Positions 19,987-30,400 of a stretch of 64,000 nucleotides of DNA are shown one piece after another. Made by a program: the position numbers and the translations under genes. The stretch spans positions 3,392,001 through 3,456,000 of the forward strand of contig OZ243956.1 of assembly GCA_965214405.1 (NCBI GenBank), given 5' to 3'. How positions within the stretch are numbered: the first letter of the stretch is position 1; each line of letters opens with the position of its first letter. The notes beneath the pieces are model-generated. The model ran no database searches. It had not been told where the DNA came from and saw nothing but the letters and a program-made list of their open reading frames with translations. This DNA is from Trueperaceae bacterium. Lineage in GTDB: Bacteria > Deinococcota > Deinococci > Deinococcales > Trueperaceae.

Positions 19987-21459
19987 TCAGACCTCCGGGT
20001 CCTGCTCACGCGGGTCGGGCGCGCGGCTCTCGTTCTCACCCTCGTCTTCGTTGGCGAAGGCCGCGGTCTTGTCCTTGTTAAGCGCGGGGTTGGTGAGCCA
20101 GGCATCTTGCGCGCGCTCCTCATCAGAAGGTTCGTCGCGGCGCTCGCGCAAAAGGGCGGCCCAGGAGAATTCAAAGCGGCCCATTAAACCCTCCGGCCGA
20201 AACACCATGATGACGATGAGGATGACCGACAAGAGGATGGCGCGCAGGCCGAAACCCTGAAAGGTGCCCTCCAACACGCCTAAGCTCGGGGCGAGGAACG
20301 CGCCGACGATGGCGAGCACGCCCAAACCTGCGAGGGTGTAAACGCCGTAGTGAAGCCTCGGCCTGAGCCGCCGCGCATTGCGGTAGAGGAACAGCCCGCC
20401 CGCCGCCGCGAGGAGCACCAGCCCGCCCGCCGTGAGCCAGGTGGTTAGCGCGTAGGCCTCCTCGACCGGGTCGCCGTACTGCCGCACGAACACGACCAAG
20501 GCCGTGCCCAAGAGCACCCCGGTAATCGAGCCCGTCCCGCCCACCGAAATCGCCACCAAGAAAAAGAAGGTGAGGGTGAACAAAAATACATCTAAACGCG
20601 CCGTCGCCAGCCACGACACCCACAGCCCCCCGGCGATGCCCGCGAAAAAGGCGGACAGGGTAAAGGCCAAAACTTTGTGGTAGGCAAGGTTCACGCCCAT
20701 CGCCTCGGCGGCGATTTCGTCCTCGCGGATGCTTTGCAGGGCGCGGCCGTAAGACGAGAATTTGAGCTTGCTCATCACGAACACGGTGAGGCCTAAAAAA
20801 AGAAACGTCCACCAGACGCTCTTGCCAAAGCTCGAGGGCACCCCCGCATACCCGAGCGACCCGTTGGTAAAGGGCGCGAGCAGGCTCGTCGAGGCCAAAA
20901 GCCGGATAATCTCGCCAAAGCCAAAGGTAACAATGGCTAGATAGTCGCCGCGCAACCGCAAACTCGGGATGCCGACGATGAGGCCGAACACCGCCGCCAC
21001 CAAACCGCCGATAAAGAGCGCGAGGATGAAGCGCACCCACAGCGTCTCGGGCGTGGCGAGCGCGTCCAAGCCGAGGGCGCGCATCCAGTTTTCAATGCTC
21101 AGGCCCAAGGTAAAGTCGTTCATCTGGCTCCGCGCGCTCGTGGCGATGCGCGTGCGGGAGCCCTCGGGCAGGATGAGCAGCGCCGCCGTGTAACCGCCGA
21201 CGAGCATAAACCCGTGGTGGCCCAGCGACAAGATGCCGGTGGTGCCGTTGATGAGGTTTAAGCTCACCGCCGCCACGCCCCAGATAGCGAACAAGGCCAC
21301 CGCCTGCACGAGCTTGGTGGAGCCGCTTGTGTCAACCAAATAGAGGAGCACCGCCAGCAGGCCCAAACCCAACAACGTCAGCACGATGTTGCGCGTGCGC
21401 TTGTCCTCGTTCATAAGTTTTTCGGAGGCGCGCAGGCGCTCTTTAGACGCGGTGCTCAT
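19987..21459 (-). CDS. livM: Branched-chain amino acid ABC permease
   Basis: LRLRGDYLAIVTFGFGEI, IREDEIAAEAMG. Confidence 0.9.
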   Translation of the reverse strand: MSTASKERLRASEKLMNEDKRTRNIVLTLLGLGLLAVLLYLVDTSGSTKLVQAVALFAIWGVAAVSLNLINGTTGILSLGHHGFMLVGGYTAALLILPEGSRTRIATSARSQMNDFTLGLSIENWMRALGLDALATPETLWVRFILALFIGGLVAAVFGLIVGIPSLRLRGDYLAIVTFGFGEIIRLLASTSLLAPFTNGSLGYAGVPSSFGKSVWWTFLFLGLTVFVMSKLKFSSYGRALQSIREDEIAAEAMGVNLAYHKVLAFTLSAFFAGIAGGLWVSWLATARLDVFLFTLTFFFLVAISVGGTGSITGVLLGTALVVFVRQYGDPVEEAYALTTWLTAGGLVLLAAAGGLFLYRNARRLRPRLHYGVYTLAGLGVLAIVGAFLAPSLGVLEGTFQGFGLRAILLSVILIVIMVFRPEGLMGRFEFSWAALLRERRDEPSDEERAQDAWLTNPALNKDKTAAFANEDEGENESRAPDPREQDPEV

Positions 21460-22676
21460 TACACCTTCTCCGACAAGTCTTCACCGATGATGCCGCTCGG
21501 TTTAACGAGCAAAATCACGATGAGGAGCACGAACGCAAACGTATCTTTGTACTCGGTAATGCCTGCAAAGTCGGGCGTGCGCGGGAAGATGGCGGTCAAA
21601 AAGTTTTCCAAGAATCCCAGCAGGAGCCCGCCGATGACCGCGCCAGGCAAACTCCCGATGCCGCCGATGACGGCCGCCGCGAACGCCTTGATGCCCGGCA
21701 GGATACCGAACACCGCGGGCTGGTTGAGCGAGCCGAAGCTCATGCCCCAAAGCACCCCCGCCGCCGCCGCGAGCATCGAGCCCAAAAGGAAGGTGGTGGC
21801 GATAACCCGGTTTACGTCCACGCCCATCATTTGCGCGACTTCGGGGTCCTGGGCGGACGCGCGCATCGCCTTGCCCAAGCGGGTGCGGTTGACAAAAAGC
21901 GTGAGCGACACGACCAAAACGGCGGTGAGTACGGGCACGAGCACGACCATCCAGCTCGTAAAGACGGTTTCACCCGCTACGTCAAAGCGCAAGAAGTCCG
22001 TCCAAAAGGTGTCGGGGCGGTAGGGCGTCTGCCCCTGCGTAAAAGCCAAGAGCCCAAAGTTTTGCAGAAAAAAAGACATGGCGATGGCGGTAATAAGGAG
22101 CGAGATGCGCGGCGCGCCCCGCAGGGGCCGGTAGGCGATGCGGTCTAAAAGCACCCCCACCACGCCTGTAATAAGCATACTCAAGATAAGCGCCCAGATC
22201 CAGCCCAGCGAAGCCACGCTCAGCGCGATGGTGAGGCCGACCAAAGCTACGCCGCCGCCCGCGAGAACGAAGGGGTCGGTCATGCTGCCGCGCCAGAAGT
22301 TGAGCACGTACATGGTGCCTAAAGCCGCCAGCGCCGCGGTAAAGAGCGCCCAGGGGAGGCTGTAGGGCGCGCCGCTAAAGATGAAAAATGACACGAACGC
22401 GCCCACCATAAAGATTTCGCCGTGCGCAAAATTGATAAGCCGGATGATGCCATAGACCATCGTGTAGCCGAGCGCGATGAGCGCGTAGAGGCTGCCGAGC
22501 TGAAAAGAGGAAAAGAAAGCCCCCACGAAATCGGCCAGGGCGCGCACCTCGGCCACGTAGACGAGGTAGTAGATGCGGCCCATGACGAGCGCCAGAAGGA
22601 GTAAAAGGAGGAGCCAGGGGGTGGTGTTGAACCGTCTCTTTTGCCTGGAGAGCGTAGAAGCTGCCAAGGGGGTCAC
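21459..22676 (-). CDS. livH: Branched-chain amino acid ABC permease
   Basis: YALIALGYTMVYGIIRLINFAHGE, GKAMRA, KAFAAAVIGGIGS. Confidence 0.92.
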   Translation of the reverse strand: MTPLAASTLSRQKRRFNTTPWLLLLLLLALVMGRIYYLVYVAEVRALADFVGAFFSSFQLGSLYALIALGYTMVYGIIRLINFAHGEIFMVGAFVSFFIFSGAPYSLPWALFTAALAALGTMYVLNFWRGSMTDPFVLAGGGVALVGLTIALSVASLGWIWALILSMLITGVVGVLLDRIAYRPLRGAPRISLLITAIAMSFFLQNFGLLAFTQGQTPYRPDTFWTDFLRFDVAGETVFTSWMVVLVPVLTAVLVVSLTLFVNRTRLGKAMRASAQDPEVAQMMGVDVNRVIATTFLLGSMLAAAAGVLWGMSFGSLNQPAVFGILPGIKAFAAAVIGGIGSLPGAVIGGLLLGFLENFLTAIFPRTPDFAGITEYKDTFAFVLLIVILLVKPSGIIGEDLSEKV

Positions 22677-22889
22677 CTCGTAAGATAAAGTTTTTGTAGT
22701 GTACCATCCAGAAAGCTCGAGCCTACGGGTTTTTATAATCTCAAACTCATAGCTTTGATTTTATGACTGCTCGAAAATAGCTGTGGACGGAGCGCCAATA
22801 AAACTGAGTAGCCGGACCTCCCAATATGTTTTGCAACACATCACTATTCCCAGAACGTTTTGAGACACCCTTACGTTGAAGCGCTACTG

Positions 22890-22916
22890 AAAAGGGGCGG
22901 GATGACCCCGCCCCTT
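22890..22916 (-). terminator. Intrinsic terminator or stabilising hairpin after the binding-protein gene
   Basis: AAGGGGCGGG-N5-CCCGCCCCTT, a 10-bp stem followed by Ts on the minus strand. Confidence 0.7.
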
Positions 22917-22948
22917 CTACTGTTTCGTGATTGGAGTGCGCTCGAGCC

Positions 22949-24208
22949 TTAGCCCCCCGTGCCGCCTGTCATGTCCATCTCGCCGCCCGTACCGCCGTCC
23001 ATGTCACCGTCCATGTCACCGTCCATGTCACCGTCCATGTCACCGTCCATGTCCCCTTCACCCTCGCCCGTGGTGAGGCCGAACAGGGGCGTTTTGTCCC
23101 AGCCCTGCTCGTTGTCCGCGGGGACGACGTACTCGAACACGCCGATGGTGCGGTTCGCGGGGGTGCCGTCGGTGCCCGCGTAGGTGATGTCGCCGGAGAC
23201 GCCCGCGTAGCCCGCGATGTTGGCGAGCGCGTCGCGCACAGCGGCGTTCTCGGCGTCGTCGGCTTGAGCGATGGCCTCGACGAGCACGCTGTAGGAGTCG
23301 GCGGCCGCCAGGGTAAAGCCGTTAAAGTCGGTGCCCGCGGGCGCAACCTCGTCAAAAAAGGTCTGGAACTCGCGCGCGCGCGTCGCCGCCTCGTCCGAGA
23401 GCTGTTCGGGCGTGCCGAAAGCGGTAAAGAGCACGCCGTCAAAGGCCTCGCCGCCGCCCACGGGGCACTGCGAGTCGTCGGAAGCGTCGGCGGCGAGCAC
23501 CTGCTGGTCGAAGCCCTGCTGGCGGAGCTGCGGCAGCAAGGACGCGCCCTCGGCGCAGAAGCCCGCGAAGTAAATAACGTCGGGCTCAAAGCCGCGCAGG
23601 TCGTTGAGCTGCGCGGAGAAATCCACCGTGTTGGCGACGTAGTCGAGCACCAATGTTTCGCCGCCCAAGTTCTGGAACTCCTCGTCGAAAAAGCCCGCCA
23701 AGCCGAACGAATAGTCGTCGTCTTGCTGGCGGAACACCGCGGCGCGCTGCGCGCCAATCTCGTCAAAAGCGTAGTCCGCGGCGAGCCGACCCTGGAAATC
23801 GTCGGTGTAGGCCATGCGGAAGATGTAGTCGCCGATCTGCGTCGTCGCGGGGTTCGTGGACGAGGTCGAGATCATGGTGATGCCCGCGGGTTGCAACACC
23901 TCGGCGGCGGGGATGCTCATGGAGCTGGCAATCGCGCCGAGCACGCCCACGACGCCCTCGTCGACAAAGCGGTTGGCGCAGGCTACCGAGCCCTCGACCG
24001 TGGTGGCGTTGTCGCAGACGGAGAGCTCGATGGGGCGACCCAGCACCTCCGACTGCTCTTGAGCCGCGGTGCGGATGCCCTCCAAGGCCGAGTTGCCAAT
24101 CTGCGCGAAGCGGCCCGAAAGCTCTAAGTTGACCCCGACGCGAATAGGCTCCTGCGCCATAGCGAGACCCAGCAAGAGAACGGCAAGGGACGCAAAAAAT
24201 CTCTTCAT
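22949..24208 (-). CDS. Branched-chain amino acid ABC substrate-binding protein with a low-complexity C-tail
   Basis: Signal peptide, LivK-like motifs (STNPATT, YIFRMAYTDDFQG), and a C-terminal GDMD repeat. Confidence 0.9.
   Translation of the reverse strand: MKRFFASLAVLLLGLAMAQEPIRVGVNLELSGRFAQIGNSALEGIRTAAQEQSEVLGRPIELSVCDNATTVEGSVACANRFVDEGVVGVLGAIASSMSIPAAEVLQPAGITMISTSSTNPATTQIGDYIFRMAYTDDFQGRLAADYAFDEIGAQRAAVFRQQDDDYSFGLAGFFDEEFQNLGGETLVLDYVANTVDFSAQLNDLRGFEPDVIYFAGFCAEGASLLPQLRQQGFDQQVLAADASDDSQCPVGGGEAFDGVLFTAFGTPEQLSDEAATRAREFQTFFDEVAPAGTDFNGFTLAAADSYSVLVEAIAQADDAENAAVRDALANIAGYAGVSGDITYAGTDGTPANRTIGVFEYVVPADNEQGWDKTPLFGLTTGEGEGDMDGDMDGDMDGDMDGDMDGGTGGEMDMTGGTGG
22995..23053. repeat. 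12-bp coding tandem repeat, about 5 copies
   Basis: CCGTCCATGTCA repeated; encodes (GDMD)n. Confidence 0.95.
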
Positions 24209-24263
24209 GCTTCCTCCTAAAAAATGATGTCAGGCCTGAGGCCCGAGGGTGTGCTGCCAAAGC

Positions 24264-24292
24264 ATCATAACTGTGAAAAAACTTACTGTCAA
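24264..24292 (-). promoter_or_regulatory. Sigma70-type promoter of the liv operon
   Basis: TTGACA-17 bp-TATGAT on the minus strand. Confidence 0.75.
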
Positions 24293-24453
24293 CGCGGTGA
24301 CGGGGTCGCCTCTTCACCGTTTCTTAAAGTGAGTCTCGGCGCGGGCTTTGGGGCACCTCTCGCAATTCGCAGGGGTTTTAGCTGCGAGGGAGTGGGCTCG
24401 AGGTGATACTGACACCCTCTCAATTACCAACCTGAGCGCGCGTACGCTCTTCG

Positions 24454-24479
24454 CTCGATCATCAAACTCGATCATCAAA
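24454..24479. repeat. Perfect 13-bp tandem duplication
   Basis: CTCGATCATCAAA twice, upstream of the glnA promoter. Confidence 0.9.
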
Positions 24480-24522
24480 AACGTGTATCTGCTCAAAAAA
24501 CGCTTTGCACAAGCCAAAGAGA

Positions 24523-24551
24523 TTGACACGCCACAAAGGCCTGCGTAAAAT
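24523..24551 (+). promoter_or_regulatory. Sigma70-type promoter of glnA
   Basis: TTGACA-17 bp-TAAAAT. Confidence 0.8.
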
Positions 24552-24584
24552 TCAACACGACCGGCTTACCGGCAGGAGGTTCTT

Positions 24585-25925
24585 ATGGCCCGCTCGCAAA
24601 CGGATGTTCGCTCGGCGCTTAACGAAGAAGACGTCAAATTCTTGCGCCTGCAGTTCACCGACATCATGGGGACGAACAAAAACGTGGAGGTGCCCGCCTC
24701 TCAGTTCGACAAGGCGCTCGACGGCGAAATCATGTTCGACGGCTCCTCGATTGAGGGTTTTACCCGCATCGAAGAATCCGACATGCTGCTCAAGCCCGAC
24801 TTCAGCACCTTTGTGATTTTTCCCTCCATTATGGAGGACACGGGCCGCGGCAGGGTCGCGCGCCTCATCTGCGACGTGACGTATCCCAACGACGAGCCTT
24901 TCCCCGGCGACCCCCGCTATGTGCTGAGGCGGCAGATCGAGCGCCTGCAAGCGCTCGGCTTCGACAACATGTACGCGGGACCCGAGGCGGAGTTTTTCCT
25001 CTTCCAGCGCGACGCCCAGGGCCGCCCCACCACCATCAGCCACGACGCCGCGGGCTACTTCGACCTCACCCCGGTGGACTTGGGCGAGGAGGCGCGCCGC
25101 GACATGGTCAACGCGCTCGTCGAGATGGGCTTCGAGATCGAGGCCGCACACCACGAGGTCGCGCCGGGCCAGCACGAGATCGACTTTAAGTACGAAGACG
25201 CGATGACCGCCGCCGACAACATCGCCACCTTTAAGCTCGTCGTCAAGCGCGTTGCTCTCAACCACGGCCTCCACGCGACCTTCATGCCCAAACCCGTGGC
25301 GGGCATCAATGGTTCGGGGATGCACACGCACCTTTCGGTCTTTAAGGGGGGCCAGAACGCTTTTTTTGATCCTGATGCCGACTTACAACTCTCGCAAACG
25401 GCGCATAACTGGATTGCGGGACTCTTAGCCCACGCCGAGGGCATGGTCGCCATCACCAATCCCATTGTGAATTCGTACAAACGCCTCACGCCGGGTTTTG
25501 AAGCGCCCACCAACATCGCCTGGTCGGCCTCGAACCGCAGCGCGATGATCCGCATTCCCGCGCGCCGCGGCGCCTCGACCCGCTCCGAACTGCGGATGCC
25601 CGACCCCGCCTGTAACCCTTACCTCGCGCTCGCGGTCATGCTCGCCGCCGGGCTCGACGGCATCGAAAACAACCTCACGCCGCCGCCCGCGATTCAACGC
25701 AACATTTATGAGATGAGCGTGCGCGACCGCCGCAAGTACAAAATTAAAGAGCTGCCCGGCACGCTCCGCGAGGCGGTGGGTGCGCTTCAAAAGGACCGCG
25801 TTATCCGTGACGCCCTGGGCGCGCACGTGTTCGATCACTTTATCGACGCCAAAACCATCGAGTTTGACGACTACCGGGTGACCGTGCATGACTGGGAGTT
25901 GCAGAACTACCTGTCGGAGTATTAA
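24585..25925 (+). CDS. glnA: Glutamine synthetase type I
   Basis: [44 protein letters not shown]. Confidence 0.97.
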   Translation: MARSQTDVRSALNEEDVKFLRLQFTDIMGTNKNVEVPASQFDKALDGEIMFDGSSIEGFTRIEESDMLLKPDFSTFVIFPSIMEDTGRGRVARLICDVTYPNDEPFPGDPRYVLRRQIERLQALGFDNMYAGPEAEFFLFQRDAQGRPTTISHDAAGYFDLTPVDLGEEARRDMVNALVEMGFEIEAAHHEVAPGQHEIDFKYEDAMTAADNIATFKLVVKRVALNHGLHATFMPKPVAGINGSGMHTHLSVFKGGQNAFFDPDADLQLSQTAHNWIAGLLAHAEGMVAITNPIVNSYKRLTPGFEAPTNIAWSASNRSAMIRIPARRGASTRSELRMPDPACNPYLALAVMLAAGLDGIENNLTPPPAIQRNIYEMSVRDRRKYKIKELPGTLREAVGALQKDRVIRDALGAHVFDHFIDAKTIEFDDYRVTVHDWELQNYLSEY

Positions 25926-26060
25926 CGACTCATCTTGCACGTAAGCCGTTGAGAAGAGGCTCGGAACGTCCTGAGCGGTTCAGGACAGGAATAGAGGTAT
26001 AGAGACTGTAGAAGCGTCCCTTTCGTCCCCAGGCTTTTATCATCAAGGCTCTTCGGTAGC

Positions 26061-26136
26061 GTTCAGAGAGAAGAGTACCGAGTGGAAAGTACCGAGTGAG
26101 ACACTCTGAACCCGGTACCCGGTACTCGGTACTTTC
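26061..26136. repeat. Inverted heptamer-type repeat, hairpin-forming element
   Basis: AGTACCGAGT occurs twice and faces CCCGGTA-CCCGGTA-CTCGGTA. 26085-26097 and 26124-26136 form a 13-bp perfect inverted pair. Confidence 0.7.
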
Positions 26137-26264
26137 GTCCTTAAGGAAGCAGAAACGCGTTCTATAGCTTTCTTTATATTGATCATGATAAAAGCCTGTT
26201 TCGTCCCTTGTCTGTGCTGTTTATGTCATGCTGGGGCGTATGAACGGGAAGGCGGTTTAGGACT

Positions 26265-26789
26265 GTGCTCGAGAAACGTGCCAGCCGCCGCGTCTTAGAG
26301 ACCATCACCGTGGTCGGTTTAGACCCCGGCATAGCCAATCTGGGTTTGGGCGCGGTAAGTGAAAAGGGCCGCGCCGTGACGCACTTAGGCCACCAACTCG
26401 TCCGCACGAACGCCCGCACCAATCAGTCCGAGCGGCTCGCCTGCATCTATCAGGAGACCAAAACCTTTTTGAATACGCATCAGCCCCAGGCGCTGTCCAT
26501 CGAGGGACAGTATTTCCATAGGCAGCGCGAGGTGTCATTCAAGGTAGGGCAGGCGGTGGGCGTGTGCCTTTTGGCCGCGTATGAGCTTGATATCCCCGTG
26601 TTCGAGTACGGCCCTATGCAGGTCAAGCAGGCGCTGGTCGGCACCGGACGCGCCTCCAAGGCGCAGGTGGGCTTTATGGTCCGCTCGATGCTGAGCCTCA
26701 CGACGACGCCCGAAAGTCATCACGTCGCCGACGCGCTCGCGCTGGCGTTGGCGCACCTTAGTTACCGGCGGATTAACACGCTGGCCTAG
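26265..26789 (+). CDS. ruvC: Holliday junction resolvase RuvC
   Basis: VVGLDPG, SIE, VKQALVGTGRASKAQV, HHVADALA. Exact start uncertain. Confidence 0.93.
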   Translation: MLEKRASRRVLETITVVGLDPGIANLGLGAVSEKGRAVTHLGHQLVRTNARTNQSERLACIYQETKTFLNTHQPQALSIEGQYFHRQREVSFKVGQAVGVCLLAAYELDIPVFEYGPMQVKQALVGTGRASKAQVGFMVRSMLSLTTTPESHHVADALALALAHLSYRRINTLA

Positions 26790-27256
26790 AACATTGGAGG
26801 CGTCAGCCCGTTCTGACGGAAAAACTGCGCAAGTTGTCCACGGTGATGTGCCTCGTGGTCGAGTTGTTGAAACAGCATCTCAAAAAAGGGCAACTCCTTC
26901 CCGCTAAAGGTCGCGTAGTCACCCGCCCAAGCATCAAGGTGCAAGCTCTGCATACGTTCTTCTGTTTCAGCCGTTACCTCGTCCACAAATTCTAAGACCG
27001 ACGCTTTGGAAGAGAAATCTTCTTCGTCCGCCTCGAGAGGTTCGCCGGGTAACCCCAAGAACCTCACCCAAACGATTCTCTCCCACGAAAACACGTGCAA
27101 AAGATGCTTTTGAAAGGTCCAGCCCTCGAGCCGGGGCTTGTAAAGGTAGAGAGATGCGGGGGCTGAAAGCGCGTACTGTTTGGTGAGGCTCCGGCTTCGG
27201 TGCCACTGATTCTTGTAAGCGTCCACAAACGTCTTCCCAACGTCATGCACGTGCAT
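26786..27256 (-). CDS. DinB family protein
   Basis: HLLH and DHEAHHRGQL His triad. Confidence 0.85.
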   Translation of the reverse strand: MHVHDVGKTFVDAYKNQWHRSRSLTKQYALSAPASLYLYKPRLEGWTFQKHLLHVFSWERIVWVRFLGLPGEPLEADEEDFSSKASVLEFVDEVTAETEERMQSLHLDAWAGDYATFSGKELPFFEMLFQQLDHEAHHRGQLAQFFRQNGLTPPMF

Positions 27257-27350
27257 CACTGCGCCCTCCTGTGAATTTGAGCCGTGACCAGTGGCGCGGT
27301 GAGTATAGCTCGAGCCCCCCATATTCTGACGAAACCCCTGACGGAAATGA

Positions 27351-27382
27351 TGAACGCCGCTTCGAGCTGAAGGCGGCGTTCA
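27351..27382. terminator. Hairpin downstream of the GH13 gene
   Basis: TGAACGCCGC...GCGGCGTTCA inverted repeat. Confidence 0.6.
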
Positions 27383-27403
27383 CACCGGGAACTCCGAAGA
27401 CGA

Positions 27404-30400
27404 TTAAACTTCTTCGGCCTCGAGCACGTCCTCTAAATCCTTTGTGACGGCTTCCTCTGGTGTCTCCTCGAGAGTAGATTGAACCTCAACCTGTTCTTGT
27501 GACGCTTCTGCGTCAGCGCCCTCTTCAGGCACCATGATAAGACGGTCCACGCGGTAGTTTGAGCGCACCTCGGCGGCGTGAAGGTCGGTTACGAATTCCC
27601 ACAAGATCGCCTCTTCCTGCACTTCAAGTTCCTCGAGCAGCGCGAGCTTAAGCGCCATACCGAGCAGGTCCCGGTACGCCTCGCGGTTGAACCAGCGCAC
27701 GTTCTCGTGTTCGTTGACTTGCAAAAAGTGTAGGACGGGCTCGGTCTCAAGAATCCGGGTTAAAAAGACCGTAGCCGGAGAAGCCGCAGCCTCGAGAGCT
27801 TCGGGTTCTAAAGGCGTTTCAGACTCTACAGGTTCCGGTTCTTCGGATGTCTCAAACGCTGTAGACGTGGCGGAGGTTGCCGGGGTTCGCGCTTCCTCGA
27901 GGCCGGTTTCTGCGTTCAAGAGGCCGACTCCTGTTTCAGAAAGATCGTCAGCGTCCTCTACCTCCACCCGCAAACGCAGCACGTCGCCGTGGTTTAGGAA
28001 AAGTTCGACAAGTTCGACTCTGCGATGTGCCGCGTCGTAGCTCCCGCCAAGCCCGGCAAGGTTATTACGAAGCGCGTTCAGAAGCCGCCACTCCTGGATG
28101 AGGGACGGTTCCGCCCACAGGGGCTCCAGCGCCGCTCTCGCCACCAACACCGCTTCGTCGGCGGGGGTGAGCTCGAGCAGATACGCCAACTCCTCGTCCA
28201 AGTCCTCCGGCGCGCGCTTGCTCAACCCTGCTAGGCCTTGGGTAAGGCTCGAGAACCGCGCCACCGCGACCTCGTGCTCGCCGCCAAAACCGTAATCTCT
28301 GGCCCTGGCAAGAAACGACGCGTAACGGGTGACGTGTGTGGGCACCTTTTCGGCGTCCGTCTCCGCCTCCGCCACTGTTTCGTCCGTGGGCTCGAGCACC
28401 CCCACAAATGCCTCGTGCAGCGGGCGCAGACGCAGGTCGTCCAGCGCCTCCTCCAAGCTCGGCACCCCGCGCTCGCCCAGCATGTCGTAAAGCCCCGCGT
28501 AGTGCGAATACTCGTTGTCCTCCACCTCGCGGACGTCCAAGAAAACGCGGTACTGGTACGCGCCCAGTTCGACGCGGAAGCCCTCCCGAACGTCACGGCT
28601 GCGGCGGAGGTACTCGAGGCCCCCCGTCGCGTCGCGGAGAATCACGAAGTCGCGCTCCCCCGCGCGCAGGCCCAAGTTCTCGGAGAAACTGCCTTCGCCC
28701 ACGCCCTTGGCCGAAGCCGAGACTTTAAGCAGGCCGCGGGCGTCGGCAAATTTGTTGTTAAACACCACCAGCGAGATCCGCTCGCCGTCGCGGTTGGAGT
28801 AGGCGTACACGTCCTCGTTGACACCGCCCTCGGGCGTGACAAGGTCATAAAGGCGGAAATTCTCGACCTCGGCGAACTCTTTGCGGCGGTGCAGCAGCGG
28901 GAAAATCTCGCGGCGGTGGCGCTCGAGCAGGCCCATGTTGGGCGCTTCATTAAGCTTGGCGCGTTTGTACTCCATGCCGTACTTCTCACGAAAGCCCTCG
29001 ACTTGCCCGTGCCCGTACATCGGCAGACCCGGCAGCGTGCTCATCAGCACGCAGACGCCGAAATACTTGTCGCCGTCGCCGAACTGCGCGATGGCGGTTT
29101 CCTCGTCGGGGTTGTTCATGAAGTTGACGAAGCGCTTCAAGATTTCGGGCTCGAACTCCAAGACGTTTTTGATGGACTGACGGTACTCGGCGTTGTCCTC
29201 TTTCCTGAGCATGTGCATAAACGCGCTGTTGTAGACGCGGTGCATCCCCAGCGTGCGGACGAAAAAGCCCTCCATCATCCAGAACGCCTCGGCCAGGAGC
29301 AAGGTGTCAGGCACCTCCTCGGCCACGCGGTCCACCACCTCGCGCCAGAACTCCTCGGGCACGAGGCGGTTGAATTCGGCCTGCGTCATCGAGCCGTACT
29401 GCGCGCGCGACGGAATCGCGCCGCCGTGGCCCGGCTGGGGGAACCAGAGGCGTTCGATGTGACGTTTTGCAAGCGTCATCGCCGCGTCGAAGCGGATGAT
29501 GGGGAACTTGCGCGCGACGTGGAGGATGGTTTGGATGACCGCCTCGCGCACCTCGGCCAGTGCGTAATTGAGCTGCGCGGTGTCGTTCCAGGGAATTGTG
29601 GTGCCGTCGTTGCCGTGGTAGACGTAGCGTTCGGAGCCGGTCTGGCGGTCCACGCGTTTGAACACCACCGCGGCGTCGGTGGAGTCGTAGTAGTGGTCCT
29701 CGAGAAAAATCCCCACCCGCTCGTCCTGCGACAAGTCGGGGCCGTTAAAGCTGTAGGCGGGATAAGGGGGCTTCTCGAGGCTCAAGAACCAGTCGGGGTG
29801 CTCGACGACCCACCTCGAGTCGATGCCCATGTGGTTGGGGACCATGTCGCTCGCCAGCCGGATGCCCCGTGCCCACGCGCGGTCGCGTAAGTTCTCATAG
29901 GCCGCGTCGCCACCTAGGTCAGGCGCGATGACGTAGTCGTACAACGAATACGCGGAGGCCACCGCGTCGGGATTGCCGCGGAGGTGCTTGATGCGCTTTG
30001 AGGCGTCTGAACGCTCCCACAGGCCGATGAGCCAAAGGCCGGTGAAGCCGCGGCGTCCTAGTTCGTCAAGCTCCTCATCGGGAATCTCGTCCAAACGGGT
30101 GATGGAGCGGCCATAGCCCTTGGAAAGCTGATCGAGCCACACATAGGTGCTTTTCGCCAACATCACCACGCGTGGCATCCAGCTTTTGTCGGGCGAGAAG
30201 CGTTCGTATTCCACAGCTTCCGCTTGCGCGCCTTGCGCGTAGGCCGCGCCGCGCAAGATGTCTTCGTTCAGCACGACGCTCGGTCCCGGCCCGCCGAAGC
30301 CGCCCTCCTTGCGCTCCTCCTCTAACACGTCGCGCGAACGCAGGAGTTCGGTCATGAGGCTTTGAAAGCCCTCGCCCAAAAAGGAGGCCCAGCCGCGGAG

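Noticed and set aside
22995..23053. CRISPR array
   Set aside because: These are contiguous 12-bp units without spacers, in frame within a CDS. No cas genes are in the window.
24272..24287. GlnR/CRP-like box in the liv promoter (TGTGA-N6-TTACT)
   Set aside because: The right half-site is a poor match; too weak to call.
28238..29890. Long antisense ORFs (550 aa here; also 22931-24127, 42466-43443, 61017-62024)
   Set aside because: These are shadow frames of high-GC genes with no recognisable motifs.
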